From contig CAMOFK010000005.1 in assembly GCA_946613265.1 (NCBI GenBank), forward strand, positions 1 through 60,997: DNA of 60,997 bases. The letters run 5' to 3'. The first letter of the stretch is position 1, and the number at the start of each line of letters is the position of its first letter. Shown piece by piece: positions 8,861-18,200 of this stretch. The notes beneath the pieces were generated by a model. It did not search any database and was not told where the DNA came from. It saw only the letters and a program-made list of their open reading frames with translations. Position numbers and translations under genes: made by a program. This DNA comes from an uncultured Verrucomicrobiota bacterium. GTDB taxonomy: Bacteria; Verrucomicrobiota; Kiritimatiellia; RFP12; UBA1067.

Positions 8861-9943
8861 TCATTGCTCGGCATCGGCGATTTCGAGAGAAGGCGCGGCA
8901 TCCACGGCCATCGCGGCGTCGCCGGCGATGTTGCGGCGGTAGAACGCCAGCCCTGCGACCATCGCGCCGTTGTCTCCGCAATATTTCGGCTTGGCCATGT
9001 ACAGCGGCACGCCGGCGCGCGCGCAGACTTCGCCTAGCACGCTGCGCACGCGGCTGTTCAAAGAAACGCCGCCGCCCAGCACGAACGCCTCCGGACGGTA
9101 TGCGCACAGCGCGGCTTCGGTGCGCCCGGCCAGCGCCTGGACTATCGCCTCCTGATAGGAAGCGACGATGCGCTCGCGCTCCTCCGCGCCCTCTCGCTCC
9201 ACATACCGCATCAGTGCCGTCTTCAGTCCGGAGAACGAAACGCAGAAATCCGCGCGCAGGCCTGCGAGAGCGCTAACGCCCTCGCGAGGCCGCCCTTTCG
9301 GGAACGGGATAAGCGCCGAGAGATCGGGATGGGCGGCATTGTAGGCCGCGGCCATCTTGTCTATCACGGGGCCTCCGGGATAGCCGAGACCGAGCATCTT
9401 CGCGGCCTTGTCGAAAGCTTCGCCGGCGGCATCGTCCAGCGTCTGCCCGATCGTCCTGTAGCGCCCGTACGAGGGCATGTCGATCCAATTCGTATGCCCT
9501 CCGGAGACGACGAGGCCGAGCGCGCGGCGCAGCCTTGAAGGCTCTGGCGCGGCCGGCGTCTCGCCGGCGTCGAAAAGGAACGGCGTGTGCAGATGGGCTT
9601 CAAGATGGTTGATCGCGACAAGCGGCACGCCCAGCGACGCCGCCAGGCCTTTCGCGAAATTCAGCCCGACTATCAGCGCCGGCGCCAGCCCCGGACCGTA
9701 CGTGACGGCGACGGCGTCGAGCGGCGCGCCGCCCGTCGCCTCCGCGGCTTCGTCAAGAGCCGCGCGCACCACGGCGTCGATCTTTTCGATATGCGCGCGG
9801 GATGCGATTTCCGGCACCACGCCCCCGTAGCGCTTGTGAAGGGGTATCTGCGTGAACACGACATTGGATATCGTTTCGCGGCCGTCTCTTACTACTGCCG
9901 CAGCCGTCTCGTCGCAACTAGTCTCTATGCCAAGGATCAACAT
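8861..9943 (-). CDS. tsaD: tRNA N6-adenosine threonylcarbamoyltransferase TsaD
   Basis: MLILGIETSCDETAAAVV..., HLEAHL and GGVSLN..LR are the classic Kae1/TsaD signature. The protein is 360 aa. Confidence 0.93.
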   Translation of the reverse strand: MLILGIETSCDETAAAVVRDGRETISNVVFTQIPLHKRYGGVVPEIASRAHIEKIDAVVRAALDEAAEATGGAPLDAVAVTYGPGLAPALIVGLNFAKGLAASLGVPLVAINHLEAHLHTPFLFDAGETPAAPEPSRLRRALGLVVSGGHTNWIDMPSYGRYRTIGQTLDDAAGEAFDKAAKMLGLGYPGGPVIDKMAAAYNAAHPDLSALIPFPKGRPREGVSALAGLRADFCVSFSGLKTALMRYVEREGAEERERIVASYQEAIVQALAGRTEAALCAYRPEAFVLGGGVSLNSRVRSVLGEVCARAGVPLYMAKPKYCGDNGAMVAGLAFYRRNIAGDAAMAVDAAPSLEIADAEQ

Positions 9944-10004
9944 CGCAAAACACCACCGTTTGCAAAATCGCGGGATTCGAAGGACGGGCCGTCCGTACGC
10001 CGGC

Positions 10005-10844
10005 TCACCAGAATTTCCACCACGGGCGGTCCACCGGCTTCACGCCGCCTGCGGAATCGTAAAGCTCCTGCACTCGAGACTGTCCGGCCGTCTCGGGATC
10101 CGCCACGCGCTCTCTGCTCATAAGCTCCAAGGCGTCCGGCATCGACCAGAATTCGCTGCGCACGTATGCGTCCGGCCCGAAGCGGTGCAGGACTATCACC
10201 TTGCCGCCGGGCAGAATCGAGATGATCGGCTTCGTCAATTTCATCATCGCGCCGAGATCGCGCGTCTCCCAATGGTTCGCGGCGCTTCCCTGGTCTTCCG
10301 CGGCGAGGAAGATATGCTCCGTGCCGTTACGCGCCCAATGGACGAGCCGGAACGTCCGCATCAGGCCGGGGCGGTTCGAGAACGTCTGCAAGGCGTCGGA
10401 AATCTCCATGCCGGGAACGATGTCGAAAGCGACATACTGCCCTTCATAGCGCGTGGCGTTGTGCACAAGGACGGGGCGGGCGAGGAAACGCCGAGGGATG
10501 TCCAGCCCGAAATGGTCGCCCAAATGGACTTCCAGGCGCTCGTACTCGTTGGGCCCGATGCGGAAGCTGGCGGTGAACGGCCGCTTGCTCGTCTTCTCCA
10601 GCTCTTCCATGTCGGAGGACTTGTATATTTCGACGAAGAGGTAGTCGCGCGAATCGCTGTGGCCAACGCTGATCGTCCCGGGGGACATGTTCTTCACCTC
10701 GATCACGCCGCGTACGCGCTCGCCAATCACGAAATCGAGCGCGTCGAGCTTGAGCGAGACGTTGATTTCGCTTGCCGCGCGCGCCGCCGCGAAAGGCGCG
10801 AGCGCCGCGAGAAGAGCCGCCAATTTCAGTTTTATCGTTTTCAT
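10005..10844 (-). CDS. Hypothetical secreted protein
   Basis: I placed the start at the internal ATG 10844, giving MKTIKLKLAALLAALAPFAAARA (Sec signal peptide). The codon usage looks coding and I recognise no family. The protein ends in PWWKFW. Confidence 0.6.
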   Translation of the reverse strand: MKTIKLKLAALLAALAPFAAARAASEINVSLKLDALDFVIGERVRGVIEVKNMSPGTISVGHSDSRDYLFVEIYKSSDMEELEKTSKRPFTASFRIGPNEYERLEVHLGDHFGLDIPRRFLARPVLVHNATRYEGQYVAFDIVPGMEISDALQTFSNRPGLMRTFRLVHWARNGTEHIFLAAEDQGSAANHWETRDLGAMMKLTKPIISILPGGKVIVLHRFGPDAYVRSEFWSMPDALELMSRERVADPETAGQSRVQELYDSAGGVKPVDRPWWKFW

Positions 10845-10926
10845 ATCTTTCGCTATCGGATCGAATATGCGGCCGCCGGCCGCCGGACACCTTGGCGAAA
10901 CCGGCACAGCTCCGCCGCCAATGGAT

Positions 10927-11766
10927 TCACAACTCTATTTCCAAGCCGTCCCAAGCGGGCTCGGCGACAGTCCCGGAAAGTCTCTTCAGCCAGTCTTCAT
11001 GCGTCAGATCGTGGCACATATGCACGATGTAGGCCTTGCGAGGCGCGATGCACCCGATGTATTCGAGGCATCTGGCTAGAGACAGATGCGTGGGATGTTC
11101 GCGCTCGCGCAGGCAATTCAAAACGAGGACGTCGAGGCCGCGAAGGCGCGCCAGACCTTCCTCGCTTATCGCGTGGCAATCGCTTATGTACGCGAGCGAC
11201 GCACCGCGTTCGCGCATCACATAGCCGCAGCACGGGAAGCCATGCTCCACGCGGACCGCTTCAAGCTCGATGCCGCCGATGGAAAACGGCGCGGAATTGC
11301 CGCGAAACTCGATTTGCGGGCGGTACAGGCCCATCTCGCCGCCCTTCGCGCTTATGTACGGGAAAATCGCGTGCATCTGCGCTATCGTCTCGTCAAGGGC
11401 ATAGCAAGGCAGCGGCTTGCCGACCACGCGGTATTTCAGTCCGCGGTAGCGCGGATCGTCGCCATCCACAGGGACTTTGACGCCGTTTATCGTATTGAAC
11501 CGCCTGACGTCGTCAAAGCCCGCCACATGATCCATGTGCGCGTGCGTGAGAACCACGGCATCGACGCGCGAAATCCCGTATTCGATGCAGGCGAGACGCA
11601 ATTCCGGGGGCGTATCGACAAGAAACGCTTCCCCGGAATCCGCGACGACGTAAGCGCCGCAGCGGCGCCGCCTGTCGCGCGGATCCGCGGATGTGCAGAC
11701 CCGGCAGCCGCAACCGATCTGCGGCACGCCTACGCTCGTCCCCGTACCTAGAAAACGGAATTTCAT
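10927..11766 (-). CDS. MBL-fold metallo-hydrolase (PhnP-like)
   Basis: MKFRFLGTGTSVGVPQIGCGCRVC...THAHMDHVAGF matches the HxHxDH metallo-beta-lactamase motif. Start placed at ATG 11766. Confidence 0.75.
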   Translation of the reverse strand: MKFRFLGTGTSVGVPQIGCGCRVCTSADPRDRRRRCGAYVVADSGEAFLVDTPPELRLACIEYGISRVDAVVLTHAHMDHVAGFDDVRRFNTINGVKVPVDGDDPRYRGLKYRVVGKPLPCYALDETIAQMHAIFPYISAKGGEMGLYRPQIEFRGNSAPFSIGGIELEAVRVEHGFPCCGYVMRERGASLAYISDCHAISEEGLARLRGLDVLVLNCLREREHPTHLSLARCLEYIGCIAPRKAYIVHMCHDLTHEDWLKRLSGTVAEPAWDGLEIEL

Positions 11767-11835
11767 CTGCTCCGCAAGCCGCCGCCGGCGAGGCTCTGCG
11801 CCCGGCGGCGCGCTTGCGCCCGCCATGCGGCGTTT

Positions 11836-13203
11836 TTACTTGAAGAACTGTTCGATTTCTTCGAGGGTCTTGCCCTTCGTCTCGGGCATGAAGAACGCCG
11901 CGGTGATGAAGTAGATCACGGTGAAGCCGGCGAGCGTGAAGAACACCGCCGCATACCCCACCTTCCCGACCCACGGGTAGAACACCGAGGCGATAGTCGT
12001 GGAAACACCCTGATTGATCAAGAGCGCGATCGCCATGCCGTTAGCGCGGATTCGCGCAGGCATAAGTTCGGAAAGCGCCAGCCAGACGCAAACGCCGGGG
12101 CCGGAGGCGAAGAAGCCGATGAACACCATGAAGGAAATCGCGGCCGCCCAGCCGGTCACGGGCGATGCGGCGCATATGCCGTGCTCGATGCACCAGAAGC
12201 TGCCGCCGACGCCCGCGAGGCCGACGATGATGCCGAGCGTCCCCATCTTCAGAAGGAACTTGCGGCCCTTGAGATCGACGAGCGAAACGGCGACGATCGT
12301 CATCACGAGATTCACGATCTTGATGGCCGTGTCGGCGTAGTTCGCGACGATTCCAGGCAGCCCCGATTTGTTGAAAATATCGACGGAGTAGTTGAGGACG
12401 GAGTTTATGCCGGTCGCCTGCGTGCACGCGAGCACCACGACCGCAAGGCAGAACGGGTAGATATACTTCTTCTGGAAGAGCGAATCCTTCGCCACGGCCG
12501 CATTGTCGTCCTCGACGGCTCTCGCGATATTGCCCGCGGCCTTTTCAAGCTGCTTCTTCAGCCACGTCGGGGATTCCTTCAAACCGAATATCCCAAAAAG
12601 GAAGAAGACGCCGGGAATCGCGGAAAGCCAGAACACCGTCTTCCACGCCGTCACTTTCGTGGCCGCCGCGAGCGCGGGATCGTCCGCAGCGCCGAAGAAC
12701 TTCGTGACGCCGACGCCGACAAGCGCCATGAAAACGAGTCCGATCGTCAAGAAGAGCTGGAACAGCCCCGTCCCCTTGCCGCGGGACTCCGGAGGCAGGC
12801 ACTCCGCGAGATACATCGGGATCACCACGCCGAGAAGACCGGCGGACGCGCCCTGCACAAACCGTCCGGCCAGCATCACCCAATATACGCCGTCGGAAAA
12901 TACGATCATAGGAATGGACGAGAGGAATACGAGCGCGCCGATCAATATCGCCTTCTTGCGGCCAAGCCATTCCGCGAAGACGCCGGCAGGCAGCGAGCCG
13001 ATCACGGAGCCGAAGAGAACCGCGCCCACGACGGTGGAAAGCTTCGCTTCCGTGAAATAGTTCAGCGCCTTGATATACGGCAGCGCCGATGCTATCGCGC
13101 CGACGTCGATTCCGTACAGGAGGCCTCCAAGGCCAGCCATCACCATCAAATATACCACATAGCGCTTGGTGTACGCCACGACGCCGCCGGTTCCGTTTTC
13201 CAT
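11836..13203 (-). CDS. MFS sugar porter family transporter
   Basis: It has 12 predicted TM segments, plus GRKKAILIGA, PESRGKG and a C-terminal ETKGKTLEEIE, all typical of sugar:H+ symporters. I placed the start at ATG 13203 because the TGGTATAAT promoter motif abuts the longer ORF start at 13254. Confidence 0.85.
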   Translation of the reverse strand: MENGTGGVVAYTKRYVVYLMVMAGLGGLLYGIDVGAIASALPYIKALNYFTEAKLSTVVGAVLFGSVIGSLPAGVFAEWLGRKKAILIGALVFLSSIPMIVFSDGVYWVMLAGRFVQGASAGLLGVVIPMYLAECLPPESRGKGTGLFQLFLTIGLVFMALVGVGVTKFFGAADDPALAAATKVTAWKTVFWLSAIPGVFFLFGIFGLKESPTWLKKQLEKAAGNIARAVEDDNAAVAKDSLFQKKYIYPFCLAVVVLACTQATGINSVLNYSVDIFNKSGLPGIVANYADTAIKIVNLVMTIVAVSLVDLKGRKFLLKMGTLGIIVGLAGVGGSFWCIEHGICAASPVTGWAAAISFMVFIGFFASGPGVCVWLALSELMPARIRANGMAIALLINQGVSTTIASVFYPWVGKVGYAAVFFTLAGFTVIYFITAAFFMPETKGKTLEEIEQFFK

Positions 13204-13254
13204 TTTGAATCCCTTCTCTTGGGTGCCATGCCACAACGGCACGGCTTGTCGCAT

Positions 13255-13263
13255 ATTATACCA
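13255..13263 (-). promoter_or_regulatory. Extended -10 promoter (TGGTATAAT) for the MFS transporter operon
   Basis: Plus-strand attataccatattt lies 52 nt upstream of ATG 13203. Confidence 0.55.
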
Positions 13264-13327
13264 TATTTACCCGCCTCTTGGCGCACGCCATGGACGCCTG
13301 CGTGAAGTGCCCCCGATGCTTCGCCTC

Positions 13328-14530
13328 TCACACCTTGATGAATATTTTCTTGCGCATGAGGAAATAGAGAATCGCCCACACGACTAGATATGAAGTCAGC
13401 CCGGCAAGCGCCTGGCCCCATTTGTCCGCCCACTTGCACAGTCCCGAGAACAGGAATTTCTGTATCGTGCCGGAAACGCCCATCATCATGAGGATGTATG
13501 CGAGAATGGAGTTCTTGCCGACGGGGTCGAATGCGACGGTCCAGCGTTTCCATCCCCTCACGTCCACGATCCAATGGAACAGGGCTAGCATAGCAAGCGA
13601 ATACGCGGATGCGTAGAGGAAGTACGACGGCGTTCCCAGTTTCTTGATCACCGGGTTGCCGAAGCCGAACTCGAACACGCAGGCTGCCAGCGCGGCGGCG
13701 GCGGCCCACGCCGCGAGGAGAAGCGACTTGCGCACGGGAGAGGGGCCGTCCTGCCTTTTGAGAAGTCGGCCCGCGAGCACGCCGAAGAGCGCAATCGCCG
13801 CACCGCAGGGAAGCGAGAAGAACGATTCGGGATCGTATTTGCCTTTCAAGTAGAGATGGTTCGGCCAGAGCGTACGATCCCAGTACGCGGCGATGTTGTT
13901 TTCCACCACGTAGGGGTTTGCGCCTTCCGGCGCGCCCGGCGCGAGGCAGAAGTGCTGCAGCAGGTAGCAGCCAGCGAGAAACGCGGCGGCGGTCGCCAAG
14001 AGCTTCCACGATTTCTTCACGTACATCGATAGCGTGGCCGCGACGCCCCATGAAAGCCCGATGAATCCAAGTATGCTCGGCAGACGGAAGTCCGGATTGA
14101 ACTTCAATATTCCGCCGAAGGATAGTCCGATGAGAAAGAGCGCGGCGGCGCGCGCGAGGAGCTTTAGCTGGATGGCGGGCGTGGAACGCCCGCGTTTCTG
14201 CTGCGCGGCGAGCGAGAAAGGCCAGGATACGCCAGCGAGGAAAAGGAACAGTGGAAAGATCGTATCGTGCTGCGCGAGGCCAATCCAATCTACGTGTTTC
14301 ATCTGCATGGCGAGCCACGCCTTTGGGTGCCCAAGCGCCGCGCAGATTCCGATCACGAGCGCCGAGCCGCCCGTGATGAAGAACATGTCGAATCCCCTCA
14401 GCGCGTCTATGGACGCGACGCGCTGCGAGGGAGCGGAGACGGCTTCCTTGGCTTCGCTTTTCTGCTGTTTCTCCGCCTGAACCGGCACATCGGAAGACTT
14501 GGCATTTGACACGGCGACCGTTCCTTTCAT
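13328..14530 (-). CDS. DUF5009 / heparan-alpha-glucosaminide N-acetyltransferase-like membrane acyltransferase
   Basis: RVASIDALRGFDMFFITGG is followed by about 10 TM segments. The start could be 14530 (MKGTVAV) or 14578. Confidence 0.65.
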   Translation of the reverse strand: MKGTVAVSNAKSSDVPVQAEKQQKSEAKEAVSAPSQRVASIDALRGFDMFFITGGSALVIGICAALGHPKAWLAMQMKHVDWIGLAQHDTIFPLFLFLAGVSWPFSLAAQQKRGRSTPAIQLKLLARAAALFLIGLSFGGILKFNPDFRLPSILGFIGLSWGVAATLSMYVKKSWKLLATAAAFLAGCYLLQHFCLAPGAPEGANPYVVENNIAAYWDRTLWPNHLYLKGKYDPESFFSLPCGAAIALFGVLAGRLLKRQDGPSPVRKSLLLAAWAAAAALAACVFEFGFGNPVIKKLGTPSYFLYASAYSLAMLALFHWIVDVRGWKRWTVAFDPVGKNSILAYILMMMGVSGTIQKFLFSGLCKWADKWGQALAGLTSYLVVWAILYFLMRKKIFIKV

Positions 14531-14537
14531 TGTCTTT

Positions 14538-14840
14538 TCAGCGGGGAACTCCCTGGTGGCTGGAGTTGCCGGTGTCAAGGTAGTCCGTCATTTTCAGAGA
14601 TTGTCCGGCGCCAAACCATTCCGCAAAATGTCCGCGCAGCCATTGCGCAGCGGCATCCGGACATTCTACGACAACCGTCGTTCCCGCATAGAACGCCACG
14701 GGCGCGTCCATATCTGATCTGAATTCCACCGGCCTCGAAATCGGGACCAGTTCGATGGCGTTTGGGTTTGTCTTGTTGCCCGCGTTCAATTCCGGCGCCA
14801 AAACAGAAACGAATGCGACAAGAACGATAGTTTTTCTCAT
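14538..14840 (-). CDS. Small secreted protein (100 aa), possibly an N-terminal remnant of a larger enzyme
   Basis: MRKTIVLVAFVSVLAPELNAG is a signal-like N-terminus. GGAGG lies 8-12 nt upstream (plus 14852-14856) and a TGCTATAAT motif sits at 14889-14897. The ORF ends 7 nt before the next gene. Confidence 0.4.
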   Translation of the reverse strand: MRKTIVLVAFVSVLAPELNAGNKTNPNAIELVPISRPVEFRSDMDAPVAFYAGTTVVVECPDAAAQWLRGHFAEWFGAGQSLKMTDYLDTGNSSHQGVPR

Positions 14841-14888
14841 ATGCGTTTTATCCTCCTTTATCGTCGCCCTGTTGATGAATATGGGAAT

Positions 14889-14897
14889 ATTATAGCA
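14889..14897 (-). promoter_or_regulatory. Extended -10 promoter (TGCTATAAT) upstream of the small secreted ORF / DUF5009 gene
   Basis: Plus-strand attatagca lies 49 nt upstream of ATG 14840. Confidence 0.5.
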
Positions 14898-15082
14898 TAA
14901 TCTGGCATGGTTTTGGCGGGAAGGCGCAGCGTATCGGTCGGTGGTGAAGTTGCCGCATTGCCGGGCTTTCCTCCGGCGCCTTTCCCCGGTTTGCACGCGC
15001 GCAAACCCTGGCGGGGCGGCACGGCGCGCGACGATGATCCGCAACGCCCCGCCCGGAGCTTGTTGCCGCTCGCGCCAGTGAT

Positions 15083-15275
15083 TCCAGTCGCATGCAAAGG
15101 CGACTGGAGTCACTGGCAAAGGCGACTCCAGTCGCGAGGCAAGGCGACTCCAGTCGCGAGACAAGGCGACTCCAGTCGCGAGGCAAGGCGACTCCAGTCG
15201 CGAGGCAAGGCGACTAGAGTCGCGAAAGGAAGCGGCTAAAGTCGCGAAAAGAGGCGGCTAGAGTAGCGAAAGCAG
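15083..15275. repeat. Tandem array of ~8 units of a 22-bp repeat, each carrying the 14-bp palindrome GCGACTccAGTCGC
   Basis: Units begin at 15099, 15121, 15143, 15165, 15187, 15209, 15232 and 15254. The four central units are near-identical (ggcgactccagtcgcgaggcaa). The flanking units are degenerate, for example gactggagtc, gactagagtc and ggctaaagtc. The array is intergenic. Confidence 0.9.
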
Positions 15276-15293
15276 TGGAATCTGGCGGGTGAC

Positions 15294-18200
15294 TTACTTC
15301 TTCGCGGCGTGCCGGAGGACGAGCGAAAGGATCCGCTTTGCGCTGGCGCGGACTTTGCGCGGATCGACCCAGCCGTCGCGAATTTGCTTGACGGAATCTT
15401 TAAGGGTTCCGCCGTCATTGGGCATTTTCACGTCATTACCGGCGGAAATCTCGGACCAAATGGCGGAAACGGCATACCAATCCGTCATCACGACCCCATT
15501 GTAGCCGAGTTCGCCGCGAAGGATGCCGTCGATTGCGCCGGTATCGGCGCCTGCCGCCCGTCCGTTCATGCCATTGTACGACGTCATGATGCAATCTGGC
15601 GAAGATTTGGCGAGAAGGATTTCAAATGCACGGATATATATTTCTCTGGCGGCGCGTTCGGATATAATGCAAAGGTGCGAACGGTGGACATTCAGACGGT
15701 TGTGCATGACGTAATGCTTGGCCGTGGCGGAAAGGCCGGTGGATTGGATGCCTCGCACCACGGCGGCGCCCATTTCGCCGGCGAGCGCGGGGTCTTCGCC
15801 CATGAACTCCATGTTGCGCGCGCAGAGCGGATGGCGGTTGATGTTGATTCCCGGCGCGAGATACACATCCACGCCATACTGCCTGGCCTCAAGAGCCATT
15901 GCGCGCCCGACCTCCTCGGCCAAATCCACGTCGAACGAGCCGGCGAGCAGGTCTGTGGAGGGGAAGGAAGTCGTGGTACGCGTCTTGAGCCGCAGCCCCA
16001 GCGGGCCGTCCGCAGTCTGCACGCCGGGGACGCCATATTCATCCAGCCTGCCGATAGAGCCGGTGTTGCCGTCCGGGGCGATATTGGGCTTGCCGCAAAA
16101 AAGTTCCGCGAGTTCCGCGGCAGGGAGCTGGTCGATGAATCCATCCAGCGTCGCCGTGCCTGCGAGGACTTCGGAAAACATTATCTTGCGGTCTGGACTC
16201 GCAGACGGATACTCGACCGGGCGGAGAGGGCCGTTCTTGTCGCCATAGACGACCGGCGCGAGCTTTTGCATGCCGCCAACGCGCATGCGCCGCGCGAGAT
16301 GCGCCGGCGAAAGCTTGAGGCCGGGCGAGGAGAGAATCCGCCGGTCCATATGCAGAACGCCGGCCTTGACGACATCCCTGCAACCGCCCCCCGCCCAGAC
16401 GGTGTAATCGCCGCCGTCGATCACCCACGAACCGGGATGCCCGGAAACTCCCTCGTCGTCGAAATACGCTAGAAACTTCGTGTCGAACGAAAGTTCCAGC
16501 GACTCGCTTTCGCCCGGCTGCAGCAAGCGCGTCTTCGCGAAAGCCCTGAGTTCGATCGCCGGATGCTCGGCCTTGCCGCCCGCCAGGGAAGTATAGCACA
16601 GCACGGAATGCCTGCCTGCGGCTTTCCCGGTATTGGATACGCGCACGCGCACGCGGCAGACGCCGTCGTCAAGCCGCGCGCATTCCTCCGGCTCGACCTT
16701 CCACGTCGTGTAGGAAAGTCCGTGGCCGAATGGATAGACAACCTTTTCCGCCGCGCCTGGCAGCGTCTCGAAGTAGCGGTACCCCACGAAAATGTCATCC
16801 TCGAAAGGAACGTACAAAAGCGCCTCCTGCCAGTTTTCGTCGGCCGAATAGTCTTCGATCCGCCTTGCCAGCGTCTGGGTGAGGCGTCCGGAGGGATTGA
16901 CGGCGCCGGAAAGGACGTTTGCAATCGCATTGCCGCCTTCCATCGCCGGCAAGCCCACGTAGAGTATCGCCGAAACGGCGGGATCCGCCGCAAGATCGCG
17001 CGTGGCGACGAAAACGCCGCAATTCAGGACTACGACTATGCGCTTGAAGCCAAGCGACTTGATTCTCGCGAGTTCCGCCGTCTCTTCGTCCTTCAGCTCG
17101 TATGCGCCCAAATCCGGCTCCTTGCCGCGCCCGCATTCGCGCGAAATGACGAAGACCACCGTTTCGCGGCTGTCCGGATCGACGTCGAAACCGGCATTGG
17201 CGAGTCCCTCCGGAAGGTCCACGACGTACGGGCTTTTGACGAGCGCGGAAACTCCGCTGCCGGCCAGCCATTGCCCGTACGCCGGAGCGAATACGGCGAC
17301 TTTTGCGCCCTTGGCGAGCGGCAACGCCGCATTCTCGTTCTTGAGAAGCACGAACCCTTCCTCGCAAACACGGCGCGAGAGCAGAGCGCCGGGCGTGGGC
17401 GATTCCATTCCGCGCGCGCGCAGCCATGTCTGCATCTCGCCGGCGCCGCGGTGGCACCACGCGAAATACGGCACGAGGGCGAGTTTGCCGGGAACGCCGC
17501 CCCTGAAGGCGGCAGTCTCGACCACCGGGAATTCCGCGCCCGCGATCTCCACGCGGCCGGCGAAGCGCGGCGTCTGCGCGGCGTCGAGCCGGGCATCGGC
17601 GAGCTTGCCGCCGTTGTCGATCGCCTCCGCGCAATACACCACCGGGCCGGCTTGCACCGCGAGACGTCCATTGTCCGCCTCCACCTTCGCGTTCGCCGCC
17701 ACGAAACGCGGCTTGATATCGAACTGGAGCGACACGGTGTCGCCGCTCCGCCACTTACGCTTCAGCACCACCCATTCGCCGGACGCATCGACCTTTTCGC
17801 CATTGAGCGCGGCGGAGACGGCCGCGTCGCGCGCCCTGTCGAGATAGCGGTACAAATCCCCCGGCACGCACTCGCCGCGCGCCCATCCGGGAATGCGCAC
17901 CTTGACGGCGAAGCTTTCATCCGTCTTGGGATTTACTTTGATCGCGACCTTGCCTTCCCAAGGATATTCCGTCTCGATTTCCAGCGCGGCCTCGGGAAAC
18001 TCCACCTTGCCAGCGATGAAAAGATTGACGCATATCTCGCCGCTGCGCCGCGCGTACGCGAGCGACGGAACCTGCGGAAGGAACCGGACGACGTTCACCG
18101 GGCAGCATGAAGTTGTGAACCACTTCGAGCGCGCCACGCCGCCGGTGGAGGCCAAGGGGTTCTGGTAGAAAAATTCGTCGCCGCCGAGAGAAACTCCGGA

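Noticed and set aside
11836-11860. Hairpin cgcc-atgc-ggcg followed by a T-run, read as a rho-independent terminator
   Set aside because: The T-run follows the hairpin only on the plus strand, which carries no genes. On the coding (minus) strand the A-run precedes the stem, so it does not fit an intrinsic terminator for the MFS gene.
15083-15275. CRISPR array interpretation of the 22-bp tandem repeats
   Set aside because: The units are directly contiguous with no spacers. The repeat is shorter than CRISPR repeats, and no cas genes are in the window.
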